DNA of 64,000 nt from the NCBI RefSeq assembly GCF_009914755.1, contig NC_060947.1; one strand, given 5' to 3'. This stretch comes from the human T2T-CHM13v2.0 reference genome, Homo sapiens. Both the position numbers and the translations under genes were made by a program. Within the stretch, counting starts at the first letter, position 1, and each line of letters opens with the position of its first letter. A model generated the notes under the pieces. It was not told where the DNA came from, ran no database searches, and saw only the letters and a list, made by a program, of their open reading frames with translations. Below, piece by piece: positions 1 through 14,281 of this stretch.

Positions 1-2035
1 ATTAGAAGACTCATATTTCCTGATTTGGAAACTTAATAGAAATCTGCAGTAATCAAAACAGTGTGATACTGGCATATGCATAGACATATAAATCAACAGA
101 ATAGAACTGAGATTCCAGAAATAAACACATACATCTACAGACAACTGATTTTTGATGAGTGTGTCAAGTTCATTCAATGGAAAAATAATGCTCTTTTTAA
201 CAAATGGTGCTGATACAACTGGATAGCCACATGTAAAAGAATGAAATTGGACCCCTACTCACACTATGTATAAAAGATAACTAAAAAGGGATCAACAACC
301 TTAATATAAGAGCTAAAGCTATTAAAATTTTAGAAGAAAACATATGGGTAAATATTCATGGCCTAGGATTCAGCAATGGATTCTTAGACATGACACAAAA
401 ACCATGAGCAACAAAAGAAAAACAGATATATTGTACTTCATTAAAATTAAAACCTTTTGTACATCAAAGGTTATTATCAAGAAATTGAAAAGAAAAATCT
501 GTAAAATGGGAGAAAATATATGCAAATCATACATTTCTTACAAGCATTTATTATCCAGAAGATGTAAAGAACTCCTGCAACTAAACAACAAACAAACAAG
601 CAACCCGATTTTTAAAAATGATAGAGGACTTCAATAGACATTTTTCAAGGAAGATACAGAAATGACCCATATGCACATGATAAAACCTCAACATCATTAA
701 TCATTAGTGAAATGCAAGCTGAAACCAAAATGGGATATCACGGCACCTTCTAGGATGTCTATATTTAAAAAAAAATGAAAATATCCAGTGTTGGTGAGGA
801 TTTGGAGAAACTGGAATGCTCATTCATTACTGGTGGGAGGGTAAAATGGTGCAGACACTGTGGAAAAAAATTGGGTGGTTCCTGAAATAGGTAAGCATAG
901 AGCTATATGATCCAACAATTTCACTCCCAGGTAATTAGTGAAAAAAAAAAAGGTAAACAGTAACTTGAACAGATACTTGCATGTCCGTGTTCATTATAAC
1001 ATTATTCCAAAAAGTCAAAAGGTAGAAACCCATGTTCATCAACAAATGAATGCATAACAAAATGTAGCATACACATACAATGGAATATAATTCAACCATA
1101 AAAAGGAATGCGTTTCTGATTGATACATGTTACAACATGGATGAAGCTTAAAAACAATTTCCCAAGTGAAATAAGCCAGACACAAAAGGACAAATATTTT
1201 ATGATTCTGCTGTTATGAATTCTCTAGAATGGGCAGATTGATAGAGACAGAAAGTACATTTGTGGTTTTCAAGGGCTAGGGGGAGAAGGCAATGGGGTGT
1301 TACTAATTAATGGGTATGGAGTTTCTGCTTGGAATGATGGAAAAGTTTTGAAAATAGTAGTGATGGTTGTGCAGCATTGTGAATATTACTAATGCTGCAG
1401 AATGGTACACTTAAAAATTATAGCCCAAATGCCTTTCAAATGTTGTTGGATAAGCAAATTGTTGTACATCCATACAATGGAATACTACTCAACAGTAATA
1501 GTAAACTATTTGATATGCACAACACTTAGAACAATCTCAAAGGCATTATGCTGAGTGAGAGAAGTCCATCTCAAATGATCACACTCTGTGTTATTCCATT
1601 TTTGTAATTATTCTTGAAGTGACAAAATTATACTGATTAAAAAGATATTGCTAGGTTCCAAAGGTTAGTGTTGGAGGGAGAGTTTGGCTGTAAAAGAGGA
1701 GCAACCAGAACAGTCTTTGTTGTGATAAAACACTTCTATATCATGACTGTGATGATGGTTACACAAATATGTACAAATGACAACATCTCACACACACATA
1801 TGCCATAAGAAAGTATATATAGGAATGTGAAATCAGAATAAGGTCTGTAAGTGAATTGATAGTATGGTGCCATTATAGATTTTCTGACTTTTATAATACA
1901 CCAAGATTATGTGTCATGGTTATGTTATATTTTGGGGAAGCTAGGTGAAGGGTGAAAGGTACAGTGAATTCTCTGTATTATTTTTGCAATTTCTTGTGAG
2001 TCAAATTTTTTCACGATAAATAACATATAAACATA
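1..2035 (+). mobile_element. Old L1 3' portions (L1MB-like ORF2 end/3'UTR followed by L1MC/MD-like 3' end)
   Basis: Degenerate ORF2 C-terminal sequence (TGGCATATGCATAGACATATAAATCAA, AAATGGTGCTG, AAATGCAAG...CAAAATGGGATATCA) and L1M-type 3'UTR; many stops; boundaries approximate. Confidence 0.8.
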
Positions 2036-2769
2036 AGAAAGGAGGCAAGATTGCAAAATATTTGATAAACTATACTTGATGATGCTCTTCAGTAAAGAGG
2101 AGGTAATGTCTTTGTCAAGGAAAGCAGCAATAACTTCGACCTATAAATACCTATACAAGTTATTGCAACACTGTTTACTTCAGGAAATGAAGCTCTAATT
2201 CCATTGTGACTATATCGTACATGCAATAATTTTTGGAATGCGTAGTACTACCTGATAGGGAGAGTGATAAGAAAAATCTGGTCTAACATAACTAAATTTC
2301 ATTTTGGGTTTAATATGAACAATTATTAGCCAAAATTCAGAGTCCATCTAGCTTCTACATTTTGTTTTCAGGAGATGACTATTAACAAAAAAAAAATACA
2401 GTAAGCAGCTTGGAAAATGACAGCAACATCAGAAGCCCCTTTGAGACTAGATGGATGCCTTACCCATTGTGAAGGGCTTTAACACTTGGCCTGCCTCCCT
2501 TCCTGTCTCCCTTTCATCGGCGTTTATTCCTGAAAAAGAGCTGCCAACCAGAACCAGCTATTACTTGGCATATGGGAGGCAAAAGCCCTGTCTCAGAGAC
2601 TCACACAACTGACATCTGAGCAAGGGTGTTGCATTCATTGTTTTCTCTATGGGGAGGCACCAGTAAATTACTAAGAGACTTCTAAAAAGATTTCCTCAGG
2701 TATTGTCTCCTGGTCAATGTTCACATAATATTTAGTTGAGTTTTATAATACAGAAACAACCAACAATGT

Positions 2770-5150
2770 AGGCAGTAGTCTGAAGCAGCTCTATGACTCA
2801 GATCCAGCCTCTTTTATCTGCAGACCAAAGCCAGTACTGTTTGCCCGGGGCCCACACAGTGACCCAGTGGGAGCCCTCCCACAGACCTGGAGGAAGCCAC
2901 CCCTGTGTGTAACCAGGCTACAGACTTTTAGTGTATGGGCCCTGAAGTGGACCCTAATCCCAGCACCAGCCCTACTGACCAGATCCTGAAAGCAGTCAAG
3001 TTCACCTAGAGACCAAACTGGATTCAGGCCCTCTTGAATTAACAAGCCCACCAACCATAGACCCTGCTTGCAGAACCTGTAGCAACTACATGTCATTGCT
3101 CCCTCCCCACTCAACTGTGATCCTGGAGGCAATCTCATCAGACTGAGGACCCAACAGGAGATGGTCTTTATCAGTCAAAACCAGTCCATAAAGACTGGGG
3201 TTGGCTCCTTCAAATTACAGACACCAATAAATGTCTACAGGGATCACAAAGAATGAGGCAAATATAACAGCACCAAAGGAAACAAATGAAACTCCAGTAA
3301 ACTACCAAACAATTTGAAGTCTATAAATTGCCTAAAAAAGAACTCAAAGTAATCATCTTAAACATAATTTTGATTCATGACTTAAACAGAATAAAAAACA
3401 AAAAACATATGATCATCTAAATAGATGCAAAAAAGCATTTGATAAAATTCAACATCCTTCATTATATATAATACATCATGCCATTCTCTTTTCCAATTTG
3501 AATACCTTTTATTTCTTTCTCTTGCCCGATTGTGCTGGCTAGGACTTCCAGTGCCATGTTGAATAGGAGAGGTGAAAGTAGGCATCCTTGGCTTCTTCCA
3601 GTACTTAGGAACTGCTTTGAACTTTTCCCTGTTTGGTGTGATGTTGGCTGTGGGTTTTCATAAATGGCTTTCATTATTTTGAAGTATGTTCCTCCTCCGT
3701 CTAGTTTGTTGAGGATGTACATCATTAGTTTCTTTCTATTACTAGATATTGGCAATGTTTTATTATAAATGCAGTTTGAGTTTTTTCATACACTTTGCTA
3801 TGCTGTATAATTTGCTATACTTGAGTTTTATCAAACACTTTGCTATGTTGTATGATTAAATTTATTGAGATAATCATATGATTTCCATGCTTTATTCTAA
3901 TAATATAGTGGATTATACAAATTTATTTCTTAATAGAGCTATCTTGGTCTTGATATATTCTTTTGTGTATAGATTGCTGAATTAATTTACCAACGTTTTC
4001 TTGAGGATTTTCCATTTATTTTCATCAGTGTGATTGATTTCTTATTGCCCTTTATTTATGCGTCCATTGTCATATTTACTATCAAAATTATCATTATCAC
4101 ATGATATAAACTGGGAAATGTTCTTTCTTTCATATGTTCCTTAGGAGACTTTGTATAAAATTGAGATTATTTTCTTCTGTAATATTTGGTGAGTCTAGCG
4201 TATTTTATTATTGCTTTTACTGTTTGGGGGAAGTATTTTAAATTACCCACTCATTTATTTTAATGGCTATAGGTCTAGTCACAATTTCTGTGTCTTCATG
4301 AGTCAAGTTTGTTGAGTTATATTTTTCTAATGTTTGTTAATTCACTACATTAAAATGTTCAAATGTATTGTTATAAAATGTTACATGTTTTCTCATAATC
4401 CTCATTTATCCCTATGATATATCACTCATACACAAAAAGTGAATGAAATATAAATATGTGTGTAAAAATGAACACCTATAGATCATTACCAAGGTAAAGA
4501 ACTAGAACATTGTTGGCATTCTCAAAGTCCCCATGTGCCTCTTCCTGGCATCTTCCACCCTCACTCCTTGAGGTGACCACTATTCTTTTTTAGTAATTAC
4601 TTCTTTGCTATGCTGTATAATTTTCCAACTACATATGCATCTCTGGAAAAACAGAGTTTCATTTTCCGCATTTCTTAGATATATATGAAAGTTATCAGAA
4701 GGTGTGCATAATTCTGTGTCTGGCTTCACCTACTCATCATTATAGTTGTAAAAATCATTTTCATTATTGCTCCCTAACATTCCATTATATTAATAGGCCA
4801 AAAATGCATCTATTTATCCTTCTGTTGGTGAACATTTAATATTCAAATTGGACAGTCAATTTCCCATGGTCTGCAATGCCGAATTATCATTAATGAAGTA
4901 TTTCATATGCAAATGAGTCCGTGTCAGCACCATGCCAACTTCACACCTGGTTCTTTCTAAAATGAATCTTCTTTTTCATGAACATTTGAATATTATATAA
5001 ATTTTAGAATCAGTTTACTAATTTCCACACACTAAAATACAGAGTTTTTTGGATTGCATTGAATACGTAGATCAATTTTGGGAGACTACGCATTTCAAAA
5101 CTATAGAATTTTCCAGGCCATTTACATGGACTATCTCTCCATTTATTTGT
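2770..5150. mobile_element. Cluster of old L1M fragments in mixed orientation (3382-3460 +, 3484-3725 -, further - fragments)
   Basis: ORF 3462..3755(-) reads ...[35 protein letters not shown], the L1 RT motif; adjacent AAATAGATGCAAAAAAGCATTTGATAAAATTCAACATCC is the same RT region on +. Confidence 0.7.
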
Positions 5151-5711
5151 TCTCTCACACTAGAGCAAAATTCCATGGCAGCTATGGTGGCCACCCTAGG
5201 ATGGCCTGCACTCTGGCAATCCTTCTGTATCAACAGGATCTGTGGACCTCCAAACACAATGTCCTGAATACCCAGCAATAAAAAAAGGATCGGCATGAAG
5301 CTCACTCTGACAGGATGAGGGAACCACCCATGGGAGCCAGAAAAACCTAGGAACCTGATTGGTACTGGATCTAAAGTTATGCTCATCTCCCAGGAACTTG
5401 ATCTGCATAGTCACTGAGGTCATCAGTCACAGGGTTTTGCCCCTCTATTTACCCACCTCATGCAGCTTTGCACTTTCTCCCTTGCTCCTTGCTTCTCATG
5501 GCCTTCCTTAGCTGCCTGTCACTTCTCACCCCTCCACCCACCACATATCCCTAACCCCACAGGAGGGAGATACACTGTAGACAAGAGAGGAAAGACCTGG
5601 CCATTGCCAGCAATAAATAGCTCCCTGTACTGGTATGCCGGACCACCAGGGGATACAAAAGATGTTGTTTCCCAGAATCCTAGAGAGTGGCAGTCACTGG
5701 GTGATCTTAGC

Positions 5712-6090
5712 GTTTATGGACTGGATGTTTTTGTTCCTCGCAAACCCCTATGTCGATACCTAGCCCCGTAGTGTGAGGATATTAGCAGGTGGGGCCTTTG
5801 AGAGCTAGTTAGGATTAAATAAGGTCATAATTGTGGAACCCTCATGGATGGGATTCGTGTCTTTATGGGAGTCAAGACAGAGCTTGCTTCCTCTCTCTGC
5901 TCTCTGCCATGTGGAGGTACAAGGAGAAGTCAGCTGTCTGCAGCCCAGAAGAGGGCCCTCACCAGAATCCGGCCACACTGGTATCCTGATCTCAGACTTC
6001 CAGCTTCCAGAACTGTGAGAAATACGTTTGTTGTTGATAAGCCACTCAGTCGATGGTGTTTTGTTATAGCAGCCCAAGCTGATAAAAACA
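5712..6090 (+). mobile_element. MLT1A-type MaLR solo LTR
   Basis: Typical MLT1 text: GGTGGGGCCTTTG, GAGGGCCCTCACCAGAA, CTTCCAGCTTCCAGAACTGTGAGAAATA, TTTTGTTATAGCAGCCCAAGCTGA. Confidence 0.8.
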
Positions 6091-8129
6091 AGGGTGTTCT
6101 AAGAATGGGCGAGGTGTCCGGCCTTCCTCTGGTCCTTTCAGCCAGCAGATCTCCCACTCACCTTGCAGCAACCAGCAGGTACTGATGAGTCTGAGATGCC
6201 GTGAGTCTGCTCAAGTAACTTTTCTAGACACTCATTGCAGATTCCTCAACTTCTCTCACTATGGTTTCTTGTTCACCTGATAGGGCCCACTAGATCCAGA
6301 ATCTGGAATTTAATGAAATAGTTGCTAACAAAGTAACGTAAGTACAAAATTATGTGAAGGTTGAAAGTAATTAGTTTTAAATGCCTCATTATTTTATTAT
6401 TTCAAACACATGGACATTATACAAAAATTGAAAATACAGATTAACACAAAACAATAAAAATCAGAGATTATGCATTATTTTAATTTAATGTTTGTTTTCT
6501 GTTCACTTTGTACAGTATGCATAGATTCTGTTTCTAGTCATAAAAACATTAAAAATGCTGAGTCTATTTGTGTTTTGGTTCATGTTGAGCACTGCAGTGG
6601 GTCTTTGCTTTTCTAGTTTTTGTAATCATGAATTCAAATTGCTGAAGTCATAGGGCCCACTGCTCCAGCATTAATTTGCTTTGTAGCTTTCTTGAGTTTT
6701 CCCAGGCTGTGACATTTGGAACTTGACAAGTCAATGTGCCGGGCAATGAAGATGACTTATTTGATGAGACTGGTGTTCTTTTCCAAGCAGCTGATATTAT
6801 GCTAGAGTCAGCTTCATTTAAAAAGCAGGTGCAACAGGAACCGTCCCTTGAAAATGTAGATCCCATCCCAGTATTAGAGGCAGCAATTCCTGTGATAAAG
6901 GGATAGGGGGAGCAAAAGATGAGGCCACAGGGAAGGGTCTCTAAGGGACCCTAAAAGCTGCCTCATGAATCCAGAGTCCATTCAAAGCTCTCCCTCCTAT
7001 TTCTTGAAAAGATTGGCCACTGGGGTGTTGAGTTTAGAGAAATAGGTATGAGCCTCATAATCTCAACCCCCAGCCACTCCCAACAGATCTGACCTTTACT
7101 GTCTGGGCTTGCCATGTGGGGATTGTGTTTACCATGCCTGGCACCCTCTCCACTCACCAGGTGGTGAAGTGCAGCTGAGGCTTGGGGTGGGTCATATGTA
7201 TAAGGGGTGGGGGCAGGTACATTCTGAATAAGGGAACTGTGAGACAACATGCCTCCTCTCGAGCACCTCAATAGACATTTACATAACCTAAGGACACGTG
7301 AAGATGTTTTCTTTTGGAAGTTTTACTGGTGATCCACATTTTTAAAAGGAATATAATTGTCACCAGAAAATACTGTTGACCTTTTGTTCTCCAACAATGA
7401 CCAAACAACAAGACCAAAATTAAACAAAACAAGCACCTTTCACTATTGTTATTGCACTCAACAGCAACTTCTCAAACTAGGTCCTCTCAGCCAAAACTGT
7501 ACACTTGAATCTTACTTGGAACGATAGCTGTATTTTTGAAAAGTTATATACATCACATTTTTTCTTTGGTTATGCATTCATTAAACAAATATGTATTTAT
7601 CTCCTACTATGTACCAGGTCAAATTCTAAACAAATGTAATTGTGCTAAAATGTTCTATTAGAAAGAATTCTTGTTTTAGAAAACAAAGTGAATAAAGTCC
7701 CTTTTACCTGTAATATTTTAGGATTCTAGTTAAAGTCACCCAAATGGATCCCTTTTATGAAATACAGTCCTTCAAATTTGTTTATTTGAAAAATTTACAT
7801 TTTATATATTTTGCTTAATTACGGGATACCTATATCACCTTCTTTTAATAAAATTATAATGTCTGTCTAGGTGTTTGTGTACAGTTAGAATAAAATCTTA
7901 AGAGGTCCTCTATGTGATCCCACCCAGTGAGTGATTCCTTCCTACAACTTCCCTGGGAACGGGCATTTAACTTCTGCTGGAACATCGCTGGTGATGGGAA
8001 GCTCACTACCTCACAAAACATTTTGTTCTAGGATCATTCTCCTCCTTTAAAAAGGTCCTTGGTGAATTTCACCTACAATGAGGGTGAAATTACTAGTGTG
8101 CTGCCAGTCATCTGGGTTTATCTGGAAAA

Positions 8130-8480
8130 ATAGTAAAAAGAGTAGTAGCTCATATGGCCTGAGACAAACATGGTATAGGAGAGCTTCAAGAAAGGATAGC
8201 GGGTATTGGGGAAGAAGACTCTGAAGGTCATAGAAAGATCTAGTCTGAGTCCATGGTGGAGCCTGCTAGAGACCAGAGGAGGTTCCCTTGGTTTTAGAAA
8301 TCCAGCTGGCAAGCAGGGAAGCCTTTGTGACTGGAGCAGAATGAGAGAGGAAGCAGGAAGAGGCAGCTGAGGGCAGAGAGGGAGGCAGGGGCTGGATTTG
8401 GATTTTCTTCCCTAAGTTTGGAGGAAAACATTTGTGTATTTTTCAGCAGGCGGTGATGTTTTTGGCTTTTTGCTTTTAAA
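8130..8480 (+). mobile_element. L2 LINE fragment
   Basis: Purine-rich L2-like text (GACTGGAGCAGAATGAGAG, GGATTTGGATTTTCTTCCCTAAG). Confidence 0.5.
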
Positions 8481-9698
8481 ATACCATGATTCTATTTGGT
8501 CAAATCTCTCAGCATTCCCCCTGCCCTGTCACTTTATACCTCACTCCAGAAAACCTGGACTACTCATAGTCTCCTGAATGTACCAGGTGGAAGAAGCCTA
8601 TCATGGTTCCTTACACTTACCTGCCCATCAGCTTCCCTGTTCCTGTCATTCCTTCCTTCCCCTCCTTGTCTACCTGGCAAAAATCTCACTTTGCTGCCAA
8701 GTTGGGCTCTACCATCACCTGCTCTGGTAGACTTCCTTTACTCTCTCAAGCCAGTCTGGGTGCTTTGTATCTCCATTACCTCAGGTAGTTACAATTGGTG
8801 ATTTATGTGAAGCCCTCGAGGGCCAGGGCAGTATTTGCTTCACCTCTGAGTCCCCAGCATCTAACACTGTGTCTGGATTAACCAACTAATCCATTTACAA
8901 ATTGTCGAACTCTTCTAAAACAATGAAATAAAAATTTGGGAGCAGATGTATTCTAAAATATAACCAGTTCATGTTTGGTGATACCATATGGTACATTTTC
9001 ATTTCTTTTCTGGGTATCTTTTGTAACTATTTTTTCCTGGTAAGATCGTATGAAAATAGCATAGCTCATATTAGCTGTTTCCTGAGTGCATTATAGAGTC
9101 TTTTCAGGATCTGTGATAGATGACCCCTGACAACTTCTTTAAAAAGTTCCAAGTCAAAACCATCTACGCCATGCTGTAAGGAGTAGAATCTGGGGTCCTG
9201 GACAATTGTTTGCTCCAATAGCAATAGCTACAAAATGTAGGACTTACAAGAATAACTAAGGAAAGTTACCAGGGCAAGGAGCTGGAGGCCAATAGCAAAG
9301 TTTATCAATTCATCAGTCAATAGATATTTAGATTGTTTAGATTGTTTGCACATTTGGGCTATTATGAAAAATGACTTTTTTATAGTGCCCAAGAATTTCA
9401 ATTTGAGAAGCAGAAGATAAAGGTAGGGTATGTGGGAAAGGCCTGTACTGGTTAACTAGATCCTTTTCCATAATCAGTATATCTATAGTAGGGAGTGTAA
9501 GCATTGAAAGACAAGCAATGTCATCATCAGTTGCTCCTAGAAGTATTCTAGTTCTCCAAGCTTGAAAAGTGAAGAGAAGCCTCTGTTAGAACAGCCTCTG
9601 GCACACAAGTGCACCCAGCATGTCCCAGTCTCATAGAAGGCCCCCAACAGGTGTTAGATGGATGCAAAAGAATCTACAGAAACAGCCAAAGGCCGGAA

Positions 9699-9726
9699 GT
9701 TGTTTGTTGTTGTTGTTGTTGTTGTT
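9699..9726. repeat. (GTT)n microsatellite
   Basis: TTGTTTGTTGTTGTTGTTGTTGTTGTT read directly. Confidence 0.9.
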
Positions 9727-10128
9727 TTTCGTCTCCAATGCAAATCCAGAAATCCATAGCACAAGCCATTCTCAAGCCAGGAGGAAACAACAAAGGGGAA
9801 GTTTTCACAACCCCCTTGCATCACAGTTTCAAAATCAGGCTACATTTCAAGTAACTAGTGGTCTGAAGCCTAACCATATAAATTTAGGACTGCTCGAGGG
9901 GAAAGGATAACAGCAGCAGAGCCACTGATCACTGGATTGTTTCAATGAGCTCAGTCTCCTGCATGTCTCAGTTCTTCCTCAGCCACCATCATGTTGCTTC
10001 CCCAGTACAGAGGAGAAACTCCCAAGAGAAAGGGTATTCCAGAGACCTCATCTGTGCCTTCCGGGATGTTTGAGGAAATATTCTCTGCTCAAAAGATATG
10101 TATGAAGCATTATTTGAGACCTTTTCAG

Positions 10129-10336
10129 GAATCATCTTTGTGCCTGGGAGTCTCCAGCTGACTGCCAAGGAAATTTGCTAACAATTACACGTGTCTAAAG
10201 CCCAATGCTTTGGTGCGAGTGAGGCTATGTTCCCAGTCATGGTCTCTGCCATGTTTGACTGCCCTACCTTGAAGACCAAGCTCCTGGTGTCAGATAAGTG
10301 CTATGATGGGTGGTTGGATTTCAAGGAGCTGATTCA
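10129..10336 (+). pseudogene. ACSM6-like exon A (208 bp)
   Basis: ttttcag|GA...ATTCA|gtaagt; GIIFVPGSLQLTAKEIC*QLHVSKAQCFGASEAMFPVMVSAMFDCPTLKTKLLVSDKCYDGWLDFKELIQ versus ACSM6 GITFVPGSPQLTAKKIRYQLRMSKAQC...; TAA at 10179-10181. Confidence 0.92.
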
Positions 10337-10659
10337 GTAAGTGGACATTGCAAATGAGAAACTTAAATCAAGAAAATGTCTGATTTTGGAAGATAGAATG
10401 TTGTATGAGAAGGTGGTGTGAGTGGTTGTAATGAGAAGCTTAATGGTAATTTCTAGTCCTGAAAAAAAAAAAAAAACAGAGTAACTCCCCAACACCCTCA
10501 ACAGAAGAATCCCTGATCTGGCCTACAAGTTCTCAGTCTGAGTGAACGTCTCATCTTCTGATTCATACTTGACCATTCATTCTGAGATGGTAAAAAAATA
10601 GGTGATAAAAATATAAACACATTACAAAACATAATAAAAAGCTTATATATATACAAAAT

Positions 10660-11013
10660 TATATAATGGAATACCATTCAGTCATTAAAAGGAATGAAAT
10701 TATGTCTTTTGCAGCAAGTTGGATGGAACTGGAGGCCATTATCTTAAATGAAATAATAGAAATACAAAGTCAAATACTGCATGTTCTCACTTATAAGTGG
10801 GAACTAAATAATGTGTACACACAGATATAGAGTGTAGAATAATAGACACTGGAGACTCGCAAAGGTGGGAGGTTTTGAGAGGGTGAAGAATGATAAATTA
10901 CTTAATGGGTACAATGTACACTATTTTGGTGATGGTTACACTAAAAGCCCAGATTTCACCATTATGTAACAAAACTGCACTTGTATCCCTTAAATTTATA
11001 CAAATAAAAAAAA
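10660..11013 (+). mobile_element. L1MA-type 3' end with A tail
   Basis: GGATGGAACTGGAGGCCATTATCTTAA...CATGTTCTCACTTATAAGTGGGA...AAATTTATACAAATAAAAAAAAA. Confidence 0.85.
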
Positions 11014-11090
11014 ACCCACTGGCCCTGGGATATGAGAAAATACATATTAAAACAACATGATGCCATGTTTATCCTCAGGTTAGCCAAATA

Positions 11091-11429
11091 CAGTAGTCTC
11101 CCCTTATCTGTGGTTTTGTTTTCTGTGGTTTCAGTGACATGTGGTCAACCATGGTCCAAAATAGTTGAGTACAGTACGATAAGATATTTTGAGAAAGAGA
11201 GAGAGATCACATTCACACAACTTTTATTACAGTATATTGTTGTAATTTTTCTATTTTATTAATTATTGTTTTCAAATTCTTACTGTGCCTAATTTATAAA
11301 TAAAACTTTATCATAAGTATGCATGTTTAGGAAAAAAGATAGTGTATATAGGGTTCAGTACCATTTGTGGTTTCAGGCACTCACTGGGGGTCTTGGAACA
11401 TATCCCCCAGGGATAAGGTGGGACTACTG
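11091..11429 (+). mobile_element. MER44A-like (Tigger-derived) MITE
   Basis: Terminal inverted repeats CAGTAGTCTCCCCTTATC / GATAAGGTGGGACTACTG flanked by TA on both sides. Confidence 0.85.
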
Positions 11430-12109
11430 TATTAAGTTTGATAATTATAAATGCCATCTTTAGAGAGTAATATTTTAGTGTCCAGAGATGTAAAAAAAAA
11501 AAACCATGAACAAGACAGACAAAGCCCCTATCCTCATGGATTTTATATTCTAGACAACAAAATGGACAACAAGAAAACACATAAATGATCAAGATAATAC
11601 AGTTTCCAAAAGAAACTCCCAACAAAAACAGGCAAATTAAATAGAGTGATCTCATGTGGAGATGGGGGAATTATCTTAGATTTGGTGGCTTCTTAGGAGA
11701 GGATGAGCTGAGACTTGAATACTATAGAGCCAGCCTTTTGAATATCTGTAGGAATAATATCAGAGAGAATACTAAGGTACAGGACCTGAGGTGGGAAAGA
11801 GCTTGACTTGTTTGAGGAACAGAAAGAATACCAGGGTGCCTGAAGTGTGGTGAGTGGAAAAGACAGTAGGAGGAGAGGAGGTTGAATAGCAAGGGAGAGC
11901 GAGATTACAGCGGGTCTTGTAGGTTATGTAGGAAATGTCTGTGGAATGTGGAGGAGAAGGACTTGATCTGAGTGACGTTTTAAAAACTCCTTCAACTGCT
12001 GTCTGAACAATGAGAGACAAGACAGGTAGTAAAGGACCTGGCAGAAGGCCAGTGCAGTCGTTTAAGTGAGAAGCCGTGTTGGTATGGACCATGATGGTGG
12101 CAGTGGACA

Positions 12110-13094
<985 letters not shown>

Positions 13095-13511
13095 AGTACA
13101 GATAATGAAGAGAGACAGACTTGTGACACGTTGTAGAGGTAAAGTTGTCAGGGCTTGCCAGTGGTTAGGATGTGGCATAGATAGCTGGGTAGATAAGTAG
13201 ATACATAGGGAAAGACTGATAATAAGGATTACTACAGATTTTTGCCTTGAGCAATTGAGTAAATAGAGGGTATTTTACTGAGAAAAATAAGGCTGGAACA
13301 TAAAGGCATCATATATTACTTATCCAACAGAAATTAATGCAAAAAAATTAAGGGAAAAAATGGCAGCTGCACCTCTAACAAATCATCACCCAATATACCA
13401 AGATACTAGCTGTTATTTTAAAAAATCAAAGATTACCAAACCAGGAGCCTAGGCTCTAAGTCAGAGAACCTAAATTTAGAACCTTGCTGTTGCATCTTTT
13501 GCAATTTACAG

Positions 13512-13655
13512 AGTTGTACCTCCAAAGCAGACCTTCATGGGGACCAAAAGTCAACATCCAATGGCTATATTCTTCACCAAAGGGACAATGGGAGTTTCCA
13601 AACTGGCCGAGTATTCCCAGTATGATTTGGGAATGGATTTCAGCCAGCCTTCCAG
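13512..13655 (+). pseudogene. ACSM6-like exon B (144 bp, P-loop region), donor mutated GT>AT
   Basis: tttacag|A GTT...; VVPPKQTFMGTKSQHPMAIFFTKGTMGVSKLAEYSQYDLGMDFSQPSR versus ACSM6 [48 protein letters not shown]; followed by atatag. Confidence 0.92.
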
Positions 13656-14194
13656 ATATAGTCCTCACACACCCTATTCAGGCTTGAAAGCTCTTCTCTG
13701 GAGTGGTAAAGGGAGAGTTTCATGAGACTAAAGCTAAAAAAAAGAGTTCGTTACTCAAGATTGCAGAAAACATCAATATTGAGAGAAGGAACAGGGCTGA
13801 AAGCAGGGTGGGAGGGTGTACACCAAAGGATCGAAAGTAGATTACTATAGATCAAAAATCTAAGAGTACACGGTAAAAAGAGGAAGAGCAGTGAATCCAT
13901 GCAGTTGAGGAGGGATCCAGGATGATTATCCCAAAGACGCACCGTTGGATGTTACTTGTTCTTCAGTGCTACCAGCACCGGGGTGAATAATTGTGTTGAC
14001 CCCTATATGTAGTGATAAACACAGAGATAGAGTCACAATTTATGAGGGTTTGGGGTTCTAGAGTCAGATTCTAAGATGAGAATCACATGTCATCACACTA
14101 CCCCTTAAAAAAATTATTTAAGTAGCTCACGAATACTTTTGGGCATGAGTCACTGGGCCAATGCTAATGCCTCTTTCTAGCATCAGTAAAATTG

Positions 14195-14281
14195 CCACAA
14201 TTTTACTGGCAATATCCAGGCTTATTAATCAAAGCAACAATGATCAAAACAAGGCTTCTGGGGTTCAGAAGTAAACGTCTC
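14195..14281 (+). repeat. Copy 1 of an ~87-bp dispersed direct repeat (copy 2 at 15870-15956)
   Basis: CCACAATTTTACTGGCAATATCCAGGCTTATT...CAGAAGTAAA present twice with about 6 mismatches. Confidence 0.9.

Noticed and set aside
9609-9910. ORFs with poly-Cys or poly-Leu
   Set aside because: Produced by the (GTT)n microsatellite.
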